Part shown: piece after piece, positions 11,920-24,671 of the stretch | Numbering within the stretch: position 1 is the stretch's first letter | Layout: each line of letters opens with the position of its first letter | Origin: Blepharisma stoltei ATCC 30299 | Lineage: Eukaryota; Protista; Ciliophora | Direction of reading: 5' to 3' | DNA: 64,000 nt | Assembly (NCBI GenBank): GCA_965603825.1 | Contig: CBFDEM010000003.1 | Span: forward strand, 1-64,000 | Translations under genes and position numbers: made by a program | The notes under the pieces: model-generated | The model's database searches: none | Told to the model about the DNA's origin: nothing | Seen by the model: only the letters and a program-made list of their open reading frames with translations

Positions 11920-14712
11920 TTACGCAGGCAATTTTTCCTGCTCGACTAATTTGTTCAATCTTTCTTGCGCCAAAGCGAAGTCATCCTTTAGCTTCAGTGC
12001 CTTTTCGTAGTTTTCTCTTGCAAAGTCGAAGTCTCCTTTGTTTTCTAGGAGAACTCCAATATTGTAATAGGTTTCTGGGTTGTTTGCGTCGTGGATTGCG
12101 CTTTCTTTGAAATGGAAGAGGGCTTTGTCAAGCTCGTTTTTATCATTATAAGCTGAGGCTAGGTTAAAATGGCACTCGCCTGAGTCTGGGTTTAGCTTAA
12201 GTGCTTCTTTATACGCAGCAATGGCATCGTCAAACAAGTTTTTCATATAGAGTGCGTTTCCAAGGTTATAATAAGCTGGCGCATTGTTTGGGTCAAGCTT
12301 TATTGCTTGTGTGTAAGCTGTCACTGCTGAGGTGAAATCGCCTTTCAAGCAGAAGGCATTTCCAAGGTTATAAAAAGTTTCTGGCTTTGATGGGTTCAGT
12401 CTGATAGAAGTCTGGTAGTGGGTTATGGCGGCGTCAATGTCTTCTTTTAAGTACAGCGCATTTCCAAGGTTATAGTGGATGTCTGAGAGAGAGTCATCCT
12501 GAAGAAGCGCCTTTTCGTAGAAGCCTATAGCTTCTTCTGGCTTGCCAAGGTCGTATAGCGCATTGCCAAGACCAATCAAAGCTTGGATTTCGTTAGGACT
12601 GTATTTGAGGGCTTGTTGGTGATACCTAGCAGAGCTCTTCGAATTTCCAGCTTCAAAAAGCAAATTGCCCATAGACACCAAAGAAAGCACATATTTTGAA
12701 TTTATCTGTAAAGATTCCTTAAGCAGCTCAGCTGCCCTTTCCAGCTCACTTTTCTCCAAATACACAATTCCCAGCTGGCAGAGGGCTTTATAATGCTGGG
12801 GGTCTTTTTCCAGCACTTTATTATAGTGGTCTGCAGCTTCGTCTAAATTGTCAGTTGTCGAGTGAATAATCTTTCCCAGGCTAAAATGAGCAGCTGCGTT
12901 GTCAGGCTCCAGTTTCAGCGCGTGCTCGAAGTATTTGGTAGCCTTTGTGGTTTCTCCCATATTTGCGAGTAAGGTAGCCAGGTGGATTGTGGCCCCAAAG
13001 TGGGATTTGTCTAGGTTTAAGCACTGCTTAAAGAGCTGTATTGATCTTTTGTAGTCTTTTTGTTTCTCATAGATCACACCAAGATAGAAATAAGCATTAA
13101 TATTTGTATACGGCAAAAGCAGAGCTGATTCATATTTCTGGATTGCTTCTGGAATTTTTCCTTGCTTTTCCAGTGCTCTTCCGAGCGCAACTAAGGCGTC
13201 AGGGTTTTCTTTGTCAATCTTGGCTGCCTGTTCAAGGATTTCAATGGCTCTTTCTACATCTTTTCCTTCTTTGACGAGCACTTCTCCAAGCTTCGTCAAA
13301 ATTTCTCCATTCTTCGGCTCAAGCTCATGGGCCTTTTCTAAATTTTCCAAGCCTTCTTCTCTATTGCCCTGCCTTACAAGTGACCACCCCAGCCTCAAAT
13401 ACCCCAGCGCATACTTATCATCAAGCTTCACTGCAGTCCTATAATCTTCAGTTGCCTCATAAAATTTCTTCTGTTTTTCATAGCACTTGCCTGCTTTCAC
13501 TCAGATTTCTGGCAAGCTGGAGTGCTCACTGGCAATCATGTAATGCTGTCTAGCTTTTTCAAAATCTTTATCGTCCTTAAAGTAGATATCTCCAAGCTTG
13601 TCATAAATCACGTCTGGTCTGAACTGGGTGTCGATTTCAAGAATCCTCAACAAATGTCGCTTGGCTTGGGGGAAGTCTTTTCGCTCTAAAAGCAAAAGTG
13701 CTAGCTGCAAGTGAGCACGAGGGTCTTCTTCTGACTCTTTAAGCCGCTTTTTGCACTGCTCTTCATCTCATTCAAGGTAGTTGTTTTGGGCTTCTTTTAG
13801 TTCTTGCATTTCTTTGTGGATCCGGGTCTGCTGCGCTTCTGTCTCTTTTCGCTTTAGAGCCTGGATTTTGTCGACGACCCCTTTGATTTCTGGGATGATC
13901 TGCATGACGTTCTCATATATTTTGAGGGCTGCTTCGTAGTTTCCTGTAAGTTCAAGGGTATTCGCAATACCGAGGGACGCAAAAGCATTTGTGGGCTCTA
14001 AGTGCAGCGCTTTTTGGTAATGGTGGATTGCTTCTTCTGGCTGATCTTGCTCTGAAAGCTGGACTGCCACATTATAATGTGCCAAAGAATACTCAGGGTC
14101 CAATTCCACTGCTTTTTTGTAATGCTTCAGGGCTAAATCATTATCTCCCAGCTTTTTCAAGCAAATTCCCAAGTTATTATGTATTTTGGCATTATCTTCA
14201 ATGGTCAAAGCCTGCTCAAAAAGCTTTTTGGCTTCTTCACTTTTCCCTTGTCTGTCTAAAACAATAGCTTTATTTGTGATAGCTCGGGTGCTGGTGGGGT
14301 CCAGCTCCAGTGCATGTGTATAGGCTTCTAAGCTCTTGTCTGTCTCTCCCAGCTGGTCATAGCAGACCCCCAAGTTATAGGTAGCCCCTGCATGATTTGG
14401 TTCATACTTCAATGTCTCTGAATAATATTTGGCCGCCTGCTTAAAAGAGTGCCGCTTAAAATAATACGAGCCTAAGTTGAACAAGGTCAACGAGTCAGTT
14501 GGGTCCACGTCATAAGCCTTTTTGAGCAATTGGTAAGATCGGGATGAATTCGGTTGCACCATTTGAATTGCTCTTGCAAGACCATTCAGAGCTAAAATGT
14601 GGCTTGGGCTCGCTTCGACAACTTTTTCAAAGAGTTCAATGGCTTCAGAGTAGTTGCTGTTGTAAAGGGCGTCTTCGCCTGCTTGGTACTCGGCCTCGAT
14701 ATCGTGGGACAT
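11920..14712 (-). CDS. Multi-TPR protein (~930 aa)
   Basis: Three in-frame fragments joined at TGA; >20 repeats of the type AYYNLGNALY..A...Y..AL.L.P. Confidence 0.9.
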
Positions 14713-14764
14713 TTTAGGAAAATTGTTACTGCAACGTTTAAAGTCACATTTATTTTATAATTAC

Positions 14765-16579
14765 CTAGACAAGCCACATGGAGCTGTCATCTACAATGGG
14801 TTTGTATACAAAATACGAGCTCGAGTCCATGAAACTGTCTTCAGTCAGTTCTCGGGCTGAGTATTTCTTGATTTTGGGCTTAAAAGTGCATTCGCTCATC
14901 TCGGCAGCTGCCTTTTCGACCCTTTCTCGCTTGATCCTTTCTTCGGTTTCTTGCAGCTTTCTTAGCTGTCGTTGATAAATTGGCTCTCTGGAGCTGTCAC
15001 TTGAATAAGAAACGTTGAGGGAAGGCTTGAAAGAGTACTCAGTCTTTTCTTGCTGAGGTTTTCTAGTCATAAGTAGCAAACTCTTTTCAGTTGGATTGAG
15101 CACTTTCATAAGCATTTCCATGGAATCATAAAATTCTTCATAGTTAAGTCTTTCATCTAGCTTGGCTAGTTCGTCTAGTAAAGGAGTCAAAATCCTTCTT
15201 AGAATTACAGGTAAGTGAGATCGTTCGATTGTTTCTTTATTAATATATCCATCATTTGGAGATAACAAGTCAAACAGCTCACGATACCTTTGGCTTTTTA
15301 CCTTTGCAAGAATTTTTTCACTCGCAGCATTAGCAAGTTTCTTAGGGGATTCTTGCTTGAACTCTTGGCTTGATGAGCGTTTGCCTGCCGAATATAGTCT
15401 TTCTCCAATATTTTTAGCGCTAGACGATCTTTTAGAAGGAGGTCGCCCTATCCTAGGATGAAATAGCTGCTGGCCTGTCTCAGGGTCAATATTCTCTAAA
15501 ATTTTTGACCTATTTATATAATCCTCAATAGATTTCCGAGAGTTTGATATCTTATCCCTAACTCTCGTCGTAAAAGATTTATTAACTTTTTGTGTTTTGC
15601 TTGTATCTGGAATGAACGGGCACTCTTCTTTTAGCCTATTCTGAATATAGTCACTATGCTTCTTTGCAATTATTTTTGCGTTTTCATATAAAGCCACACA
15701 TCGGTCAGGCGATTTTGGCCTTCTTTTCAGCTGGGCAAGAATTGTGCTTTTCTTGTCAATATTCGGTCTAAAGGTGCACATACTCATTTCTTCAGCTAAT
15801 TTTTCGCCTCGTTTTCTCTCCAAAAATTCATTCCTTTCTTTGCCTTTTTCAAGCAAATACACCTCAGGGTTCTGACTTCTATAAGAACTTCTTGAGTTGA
15901 TCCTTGGGTGGAAGGTGATGTCTTTCATGGCTGCTTCTGTCTGGACGTGCTTGAGGTATTGAATTCTCTTTTCGGTACGGTCTTTTAGAAGCAACCCTTT
16001 ATAGTAAAGCTTTTCGCCGTTATTTGAGTGGTCTGAGTTGAAGCCATATTTTCTTTGTTCTCGTGGTGCACTGGCTGACCGTTTGTCTTGAGGGTTGGGC
16101 TTGGCATAAGTTTTACCGGTCACATTTTCGAACTTTTGCTTTTCAAAGGAGGTATTTGGCCTGGATCGAGAGTTTGGACCTGGAGTAGGCGTGGTTGACT
16201 TGCTGTTCTGTGTGGAGTTTTTTAGAAAGGAATTATTGGATACTGGCCGCTTTTCATAACTCTCATTTAAAAGCGAAGTATTTCCTTGTGCTTCTTCTTT
16301 GTATATTATGTCTAAGTTTTGCTCAATCTGTTGCAATAGAGCTTGTTTTACGTCAGGGCCCATCCCATGTTTCCTACAAAATTGGTCAGCTAGGACGCTT
16401 GGACGATCGTTTTCTCTAACAATAAGTTCATCAGTGATGCCATCTCCGATTTCAATTGTCATGATCAAGATCTCTTGTCCAAGGTTTTCTGTTGAATAAT
16501 TGAGAGACTCTTCAGATATTTCGTTATCAACAGTTGACGCCAAATAAGAATTAAGAAAGCTTAGGTTTCGATTGTCCAT
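14765..16579 (-). CDS. Hypothetical 604-aa protein with recurring [CT]xF[KRH]P motifs and a degenerate EF-hand-like segment
   Basis: Long open ORF. Repeats ITFHPRIN, CTFRPNID, CPFIPDT, LFHPRIG, YSFKPSLN, CTFKPKIK. Confidence 0.8.
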   Translation of the reverse strand: MDNRNLSFLNSYLASTVDNEISEESLNYSTENLGQEILIMTIEIGDGITDELIVRENDRPSVLADQFCRKHGMGPDVKQALLQQIEQNLDIIYKEEAQGNTSLLNESYEKRPVSNNSFLKNSTQNSKSTTPTPGPNSRSRPNTSFEKQKFENVTGKTYAKPNPQDKRSASAPREQRKYGFNSDHSNNGEKLYYKGLLLKDRTEKRIQYLKHVQTEAAMKDITFHPRINSRSSYRSQNPEVYLLEKGKERNEFLERKRGEKLAEEMSMCTFRPNIDKKSTILAQLKRRPKSPDRCVALYENAKIIAKKHSDYIQNRLKEECPFIPDTSKTQKVNKSFTTRVRDKISNSRKSIEDYINRSKILENIDPETGQQLFHPRIGRPPSKRSSSAKNIGERLYSAGKRSSSQEFKQESPKKLANAASEKILAKVKSQRYRELFDLLSPNDGYINKETIERSHLPVILRRILTPLLDELAKLDERLNYEEFYDSMEMLMKVLNPTEKSLLLMTRKPQQEKTEYSFKPSLNVSYSSDSSREPIYQRQLRKLQETEERIKRERVEKAAAEMSECTFKPKIKKYSARELTEDSFMDSSSYFVYKPIVDDSSMWLV

Positions 16580-16733
16580 ATATGCTATTTAATTTCTAAT
16601 ATATGAAAGAAATGTTTCAATGCAAAATTGTATGGCAGAAGACTTTTAGTTCCTTTATACATGAGGAGCTTATAGAATCTTTAAGAGCGGCTTTTATATC
16701 AAGCTTTTGCAAATATTTTTAATAAAAGTATAT

Positions 16734-17438
16734 TTATAAGAACGAATTTATTTTGTTATTAGTTAGGAGCTCATCCAATGTGAAAGCTTTTAAGAATTTA
16801 GTTTCGTCATAAAATTCTTCTAGCTCATGCTCTTTGATAACTAAAGAAAACTGAAATGCATTTTTATTAGATGGGAAGATGCTGGGGGCAGAAGGTAGGT
16901 ATTTCTCACCAAAATTCTCTTGGGAAAGGATCTTGATTTTGCGACTCCTTCTCGGAAATGGAAAGCTTGGTTTTGAATCAGATGGGCATGTTGGCAGAGT
17001 TTGGTCTGAGTCCCGCCATGAATTGTTTAAATTGCATGAGGGTACAAGCTCTGGCTCTGTAGTCTTCGAAGTGCACGCATAATTTTCTTTGATATCATTT
17101 AGCTTGATTTCAGGCCTCTTAAGCATTAATGGGTGTTTTGGAGGCCTATTCTTTAAATCTCTTGAAGTTAGGATTTTTACGTCATTCTTTTTCAGTGTTT
17201 TCCGAATTTCAGCCCTTAGCTGGATATTGATGCCTTTAGTGGAATTGCTTCGTTCGTCTTCACTGGACCCTCCAGCTGAGCTGTTTCGGCTTCCAACGCT
17301 TTTGCGTCTTCTTTCAAAGTCAAATTTTGGTTTCAGAAAGCTTCGATTCTTGCTTGAATTGTTGTTGATAATATTCTGAAGCCTTTCTATAGATTTTCTT
17401 CTCAGGTCATTAAGTGAGTTTTTCAAAGAAATTGACAT
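16734..17438 (-). CDS. Hypothetical basic, Ser-rich protein (234 aa)
   Basis: ATG..TAA ORF bounded by AT-rich spacers. Confidence 0.7.
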   Translation of the reverse strand: MSISLKNSLNDLRRKSIERLQNIINNNSSKNRSFLKPKFDFERRRKSVGSRNSSAGGSSEDERSNSTKGINIQLRAEIRKTLKKNDVKILTSRDLKNRPPKHPLMLKRPEIKLNDIKENYACTSKTTEPELVPSCNLNNSWRDSDQTLPTCPSDSKPSFPFPRRSRKIKILSQENFGEKYLPSAPSIFPSNKNAFQFSLVIKEHELEEFYDETKFLKAFTLDELLTNNKINSFL

Positions 17439-17528
17439 TTATTGCTCTCCGTTTCATGATTAATCTAATATTAATTATATTTAATAATAATTTAAAGCAA
17501 TTAGCATGTAATTCAAATTTAAAAAATT

Positions 17529-18617
17529 ATGAATCCAATTAAGAGAAATAGATCAAATATAGAAAATTGCCGCAATTTTTTTGAAAAGCTGAATCAGAAG
17601 GCAAAAGGGCTTTTAGAATTGTCAAAAGAGGTTGATAATTTATTATATGAATACTCGCAAACTCTAGAAATTCCTGAGGCAAGTTGCTTGCATAAGATTG
17701 AATTTCGTCTTAAAAAAGAATTCTCTGAAATAGCTGATATAAAAGAAGCTAATGAGCTCAGATTATTGGCTGAGTTGAGTCATGAAGTAAAAGTATCTTA
17801 TGCAGATTGCACCATTATATGGAATGAGCTTTATATAAAGGTTAATGATTTTATCCATCAGCTCGAATTTGATTCTGAATATCTTTATTTTATTGAAAGA
17901 GGTGAAAAGTGAACTGAACTTTGAATATATGATACAGAAGAATCCATAAAAACAACAAGGCTAATTGACACTCCAGAGTCTTTATCCAATAAAACTTGCG
18001 TTGTGCAGCTTCCAAACTCAGAGTTATTTTGCTTTGGAAACGGCCCTTCTTCAGGGTTTTGCTGCATAATTGATCTTGTGACTTGCAGAGTTAAGAAACA
18101 TTTACCTTATGGTAGGCGTTCTGAGTGCCTTGGAGGAGTTTATTATAAAGGATTTGTTTATATATTTGGAGGATGAGAAGCAAAATTTGATTTAATTGAA
18201 AGCAGATGATTAAAATCAGAAAGGCATTTAGAAGCATCTCCAGGGTGTTCTTGCGTAGTTTTTAAAGAGGCTATATTGATTTGTGGTCCTTTTCATAATA
18301 AAGTCTATAAATATGACTTAGCTATTGAAAGCTACTCCGCACTGAATTCGCCGAACTTGCGCTTAATAGCATCAAAACTGTTGTTCAGAGGGAATTCAAG
18401 GATTTATCTATTCCAAGAGCCAGGGACCGTGCTTGAGAGTGATTATGAAAATGAATACACTTGAAGCACGATACGTACTGCTTATATTCAATATTATGAA
18501 AGAGCATCCTGAAAAAAGGTTGGAAACTCAGTGTTCATTAGTCTTCTTATTAATCAAAGTATGCTGTTGTTTAGGTTCGATTTACTTAGTAAAAATTTTG
18601 AAAAGCTTGACAAATAA
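17529..18617 (+). CDS. Coiled-coil + Kelch-like beta-propeller protein, copy A (~362 aa)
   Basis: Open with TGA=Trp; VQLPNSELFCFGN, VYYKGFVYIFGG(W), KVYKYDL. Confidence 0.8.
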
Positions 18618-18900
18618 TGATAATAGTTAAATCTTTATTGTATCAACTAGCAATAGACATATATAAAAGATTCCTTAGGAAGTTCAGATGCAAAGCAATT
18701 TTATGCATTAAGAATTGATTATTCAGATCTTTCTTATTAAAATCATTTGAACATAGAATGCCATTAAGCATATAGCGCAATAAATTATACATTGCCCTTA
18801 TATTTTATCCGTTTATATTGATTATTCAGTATTTAAAAAAATAACATAAATTTGTTTGCAAGAGGCTCAAGTTATAATGCCGATAAATATTAATAGATTT

Positions 18901-20013
18901 ATGAATCCAATAAAAAGAAAAAGGTCAAATATTGAGAATTGTAATAATTTTCTTGATAAACTAGAGCATAAAGGAGAAGAGATTTTAGCATTGTCAAAAG
19001 AAGTTAACGATTTATTATCTGAATATTCGTTCACTTTTGGAATCTCTAAAGCAAACTGTCTAGAAGATCTTGAAAATCAATTAGAAAAAGAATTTTCTGA
19101 AATAGCTCGCTTAAAAGAAATCAATGAGCTGAAACTATTGGCCGAATTAGATGAAAAATTGAGAGCAGCTTACATAAGCTATGTCAATAATTGTGATGAA
19201 CTCTATATAAAAATCAGCGACTTTATCCAGAAGCTAAAATTCGATTCTAAATACCTTTATTCTATAGGATGAGCTGAAAAATGAACTGATCTATGAGTCT
19301 ATGATATAGAAAAAGATAAGAGAGAAAATAAAGTAATCAGCACTCCTGAGCCTTTATCCAATGGAACTTGCATTGTGCAGCTTCCAAACTCAGAGCTATT
19401 TTGCTATGGGAACAGCTTTTTTTCAGGGATTTCTTGCATAATTGACCTTGAGACTTTTACAGTAAAGAAACTTTTACCTTATGGCAGCCCATCTTGATGC
19501 TGTGGAGCTGTCTATTATAAAAATTGTGTTTATTTCTTTGGGGGCTGGGATAAGCAAAATTACATGCTCTTTGCTGAAAAATTTGATTTAGCTGGCAATA
19601 GGTGGCTTAAATCGCCGAAACTTCCAGAAGCATCTTCTGGGTGCTCTTGCGTGCTTTTTCAAGAATGCATATATATTTGTGGATTTTTTCATAGTAAAGT
19701 ATATAAATATGATCTAGAAATTGAAAGCTACTCGAATATAAATTTTCCAGTTTTGTGTTCAAAGATGTCAAAGCTACTTTTTAGTGGTAATTCTAGATTG
19801 TATCTGATACAAGAGCCTGGGATTTTGTTTGAAAGTGACTATGGGAGTGAGTATGCTTGAAGTAAGATAGGTGCTTTTAATTTAAAATGAAATTACAGTG
19901 CTTTCAGAAAAAAGGTTAATCAGTCAGTCTTCATTAGTTTCATTAGCTATAATTGTATGAGCTGCTTTAAGTTTGATTTGGTGAGGAAAAGTCTTGAAAA
20001 GTTGGCAAGGTAG
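18901..20013 (+). CDS. Coiled-coil + Kelch-like protein, tandem paralog copy B (~370 aa)
   Basis: Colinear with copy A (MNPIKR.RSNIENC..., VQLPNSELFCYGN, VYFFGGW); ends TAG. Confidence 0.8.
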
Positions 20014-20506
20014 CTTGCTTGGGTAGCATTGATTTTTAGTTTGATAAACTATACCTAAAATGGCATTTAAATACTTTTTGCGATGCTTTATATTTTTAAC
20101 TAGTTTCTTCTGAGACGAATCATTTTTTAAATTATTCGTATTTTGCATATACTTTTTTGGGTATAGTTTACTCTATTACTGCTAGAGCACAACCAATTAA
20201 ATATTGGCTAAACATAATAAGTAGATAGAAAATGAATCTTGTATAATTAAAATTCTAAAACATGTGATTTCAATGTAGGGTAAATGAAATTTATTTTTTC
20301 TTTAAAATATATTAGCATTTTCTATTTCTTACTAATCAATTGCTGTTTCTTCTAGTACCTCTATAAATCTCCTCATTGTTATTATTATAAATTAATTTAA
20401 CTTTTTTGTCTAAAAGAGCGGTTTAATATCAGATAAAATCTTTTACTGTTCATATTGAATTGTACATTTTGCATTTTAACCAAAAATTAAATCTACAGCC
20501 ATCGCT

Positions 20507-21073
20507 TTATGGTAAGGTATGTGAAATTTCATCTTCTAAATCCCTCCCAGAAAGAACTGCAACCTGGTCGCCTTGTTCAGACTCTCCTCTTTGAATATCT
20601 GACTGCTCATTTGCACTCGGAACTGGAATCTGCTCTGCAGGCACAAAAGGATTAACCTTACAAAGTGGACATTTAGGCGCATCTCTTCTATGGAATCAGT
20701 CATCAATACACTTTGCATGAAAAATGTGCTTGCAAGTAAGTTTTCTTATATGAATACCGTCAATAAAACTATATGATTTTTACTCTTCAAAGCAAATGCA
20801 GCAAGTTCCTTGACCGACTTGCACCATTCCATTAGTAAAAGAAGTTCGGGGAAATCATCGCTCAAGCTCATCTTCAAAAATTGCGGAATTTTCTGGTAGC
20901 ACTGCATAGTTGGTAGCTCTCAAGTAGTTTAGGAAATGCTGATCGTAAATCTGCCTTTGTCTCTGAGCGGTTTTATACATTTTTCTGAATAAAACTAGGC
21001 AGCAGCCCATGCAAAATAAAGATACAAGCACAAGGGCTGTTATCGTCAAGGCCTGCCCCATATCATCTGTCAT
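20507..21073 (-). CDS. Transmembrane RING-H2 E3 ubiquitin ligase (ATL-like), ~183 aa; 1 intron
   Basis: N-terminal TM helix, then CCICFEDF..RKLTCKHIFHAKCIDD(W)F...CPLCK after TGA readthrough and removal of intron 20769-20783. Confidence 0.88.
20769..20783 (-). other. 15-nt intron GTAAAAATCATATAG
   Basis: A at position 10; removes in-frame TAA and restores RING-H2 spacing. Confidence 0.9.
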
Positions 21074-22005
21074 TCTTTATTACTATTCACTGAATTTTTT
21101 TATTGATATTATTTTTATATAGCACAGAATAAATTTACAATTGAGGAAAATTTATATTTTCTATTAAGAAAAATATAAAGAGCAATAAAAGAAATTGTAA
21201 TATCACTTAAAAGTATTTTATAGTTCTATCATATTTTTAGTTAGCGTTCAATGCTAATTATAATAGCTATATACAAAAATAATTAAATATTAGAAGAAAG
21301 AAAATATTTGGATGCATACGAACCAAACTATAAAGTCTTGCTGCTGCCAGAATCGCGAGGAGCATTTAATTTATATTATGTATTTAATTAATTATAGATA
21401 TGCTAATCTCCTGAAGTCTAAAACTGCTAGAGAATGAGAAATTAACTGAAAGATTCATAAATTTGGATTTATGAAGCCGAAATGCTAATATCATAAAATG
21501 ACACAGAATAAAATCCGTTAAAAGGAAATGAAAATATTGTCAATATTCGAAGAAAGCAAGGTTAATTAAAGAAATAATGAAAAATGAGTTCAGAGACTCA
21601 GTGCTTTTCTACTTATTAAAGCCCTAAAAAATAGTAGATGCCATATAAAAAATCTTGGCATAAGCAATAATCACGAAGGGAAGTTTCTCCAAAATTCAGT
21701 ATTTTCACAGATTTTGATCCTCATTGGGAATAAGGCAAATCAAAAATTGATTATAATTTTATATAATCTTAATCTTTCAGTTAAATAATAGCATTAAGCT
21801 ATCAAAAAATAATTATGATGTAGTTTTAGTGACGAAATTCTAAGTTTCCTTAATTTTCAACAGCATCAGACTCTAACGAACTCAGGAGAAAAATTAAAAA
21901 GACATATAACTTATATCTAAGACTCTTCTATTAATGTCAAAATCATTACTTAAGCTTTAAATAATCTGACCTTATATATCTATTAAATTATTTTCTCTAA
22001 AGCAA

Positions 22006-23553
22006 ATGGTAATAGCTTATGCTCTCGACTCTTTTGACTCTGAAAAAGTGGCAATTGTAGGCGAGGTCACACGATACGCAGTTCTTGCTCTTTTTACAGT
22101 GATGTTCTTGGCCTCAGTAGGCACAGTCAACCGAGGAGGAAGTCTCTACAGCTTATGATACTCCATGACTTACGTTCAATTTATCCGCTACATTCCTATT
22201 ATTGATCTACACCAATCTGAAGTATTCAATTCATTTTTCAGCGAACTGTACAAAATTTATAATGTTTATACTTTATTCCCTGTCGCAACCGATGCAAATA
22301 TATCTCAACAAAGATTTAAAAAGTTAGGATTCCAAGGGACGATTTTTATAAATAATGCTGAAGAAATGCTATGAGCGTGGGGTTTATGCCTAGCATTGAT
22401 GCTAATCATAATGATATTTACAGGCTGCATACAGTCAGAAGTGATGAGAAATATAATGGGGTACACAAAATACTCCCTGATAATAAGAGCGTCCCTTATT
22501 GTTATTTTTGATATTGTGATTTGTGCGGTTTTACAAATTTATTATGCAGATTTTCAAGGAGCTGTCCCTTTTACAAGCACATTGATATCTCTGATGTTTC
22601 TTACGATGAGTGCTTTGTTTGTGATTTTTGTGCCAGTTTCAATTAAGCTGAAGCTGAGATTAACTAAAGAAGTGCCTCCGGAAAAGTGTTTGGAGTCAAT
22701 TATGACCATTGTAGGTGAGTTTTATGGAAGAATGGAGATGACGCAGTATTTGTTTTATCCTATTATACTTCTAGTTCGGTCAGCTGCTGCAATTATCTTA
22801 GTATTGCTATATGAGTATCCGGCCATCCAAGTGGCAACAATTGGCTTCGGACAAGTTATCATTCTTGCTTATTTATTTGGATATCAGCCTTTCAAATATC
22901 ACTTAGATAATTGATTTGTTTTTGCAACTGAATTACTAATTTTGCTCTTTATTGCTATCTCTTCATTTTATTTATTATCTGATACATATACTGGCTATAC
23001 CCCCTACTTAGACATTTTTTGCATTCTTATTCCTCTAATTGGAATTCTGACGTGCCTTATAAGATACTTATTTGCTTCAATAGTCAACGGCTCATGACAT
23101 GAACTCCGCACAGTTTTACAGTCCAAAAATAATGTCTCTGAGCCAACTTTGGAATCTTCAATGGATTTCAAGGACAATTATTCAGGAAGCAGTGACACGA
23201 AAATGAAGCGGAAAGTTCTAAATAGAAAAGAAACTGAAATAAAATCGCAGCTGCCCAATGAGCCCTATAACAACTTGTATAGAGACACATCCGCAGATCA
23301 AGGAGATACTAGTAAAAATGTGAAATATTTCAGAGAAACCAACGGAGAAAGCTGAAAAGTGGTCGAAATTAAAGACCCCAGAGAAACGCGCTCATACAGA
23401 CATGAAGACGATGGGGTTCGTGTCAATTACTCATCTCCTAGCAGTAGACGAAATTCCTATTATGGTGAAGGCATTCCATTTTATCCACGAATAGCAGCAA
23501 AATATCACAAATATAAAGTAGATCAGAGGAGTGTGACTCCATCAAGTCCTTAA
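22006..23553 (+). CDS. Multi-pass membrane protein (~515 aa), TRP-C/7TM-like module with hydrophilic tail
   Basis: One frame with TGA=Trp; ~8-9 hydrophobic segments; motifs L(W)YSMTYVQFIRYIP, FYPIILLVRS, YQPFKYHLDN. Confidence 0.75.
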
Positions 23554-23601
23554 ATATAACTTAATTTGTTATATTTAATTATATAATATAGCATTAATAA
23601 G

Positions 23602-24321
23602 CTAATATTTAAATCTCTTCTTTTGTTGGGTCGATATATATGTTAGCACTTCTTTGATCGTGAAATTCTGACTTTTAGACTTAGGAATAATTTCTGAGTC
23701 AAAGCAACGAACATTAATCGGCTGTAAAATATCATAGTTTTCTTGCTTTAAGGTTTCTTTTCTATCAGTTGTTTGTGGATTTATATAGAAAGAAGCCTTG
23801 GACTCTCCTACATCTCTTGACCTGAACAGTTTTCCGTTTCGAATAATAGGGCTTTCCTGTCTTGGTCTTACCCCAGAAATAACCATGGTCTCAGAGTTAG
23901 TTGGCCCAGGGGATTTATTAAAAAATGTTTTTGTGAATGCTTTCTGGCTGGTTTTGTCTTTTTTGTCTAAATTTAGATAAGAAATGTGCATGTTGTGCAT
24001 TGAAGAAGATCGATTGAGATCTTCACCGCTGTTAGGAGAATTCATAGAGCTAGAGGAAATTGGGGAAACGTGCTGACTGACCAAAGATCGCTTCATTTGT
24101 GTATTTTTGGAGGCTTTGATAAACGGATGCATAAAATGATTAATTATTGAATTTTGCTGATTATTTTTTGCATCTTCTCGGGCTCACATTTCTTTTAGTT
24201 TTTCTTTAAAATGAGGATCGAGGTATTGCTCTTTAAGTTTTACGTCTAAGAAAGAAGGCTTGAAAGCTAGATGTGGCTTAGGCTCAATTGGTTTTCTTTG
24301 TTTTGGTGTTATTTCTTTCAT
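23602..24321 (-). CDS. Hypothetical protein (~239 aa)
   Basis: ORF extends upstream through one TGA to ATG at 24321. Confidence 0.7.
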
Positions 24322-24671
24322 GATTATTGCTTAAAATTAGTATCTGTTGCACAGCTTACTATAAACTAAGATTTTAACCTATAATAAGAAATTAACAGTT
24401 TTTAAGTCTCCTTGTCATTTTTTTGCGTATTTATCCTGAAAAGAACAATTGGAATTTATTGACTCAGGTTGGAAAATAAATAGAAATTAGGCTGAGAACT
24501 TTAAACAGCTTTATAAGGTTTTTATTATTTCTAATTTCCATCTATGATGCATTTATATGCTTAATTTGTAGAACTAAGACTAAGATTGAGTAAAATTCCT
24601 TTATTAGGCCTTTAAAAATAATTTATTAGTTCTTATTATGATTCTATAAATACATATAATCTCAAAGGACT

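Noticed and set aside
21400-21627. 75-codon ORF that opens only with TGA=Trp
   Set aside because: Four TGAs in 75 codons, no motif, intergenic-like composition; likely chance.
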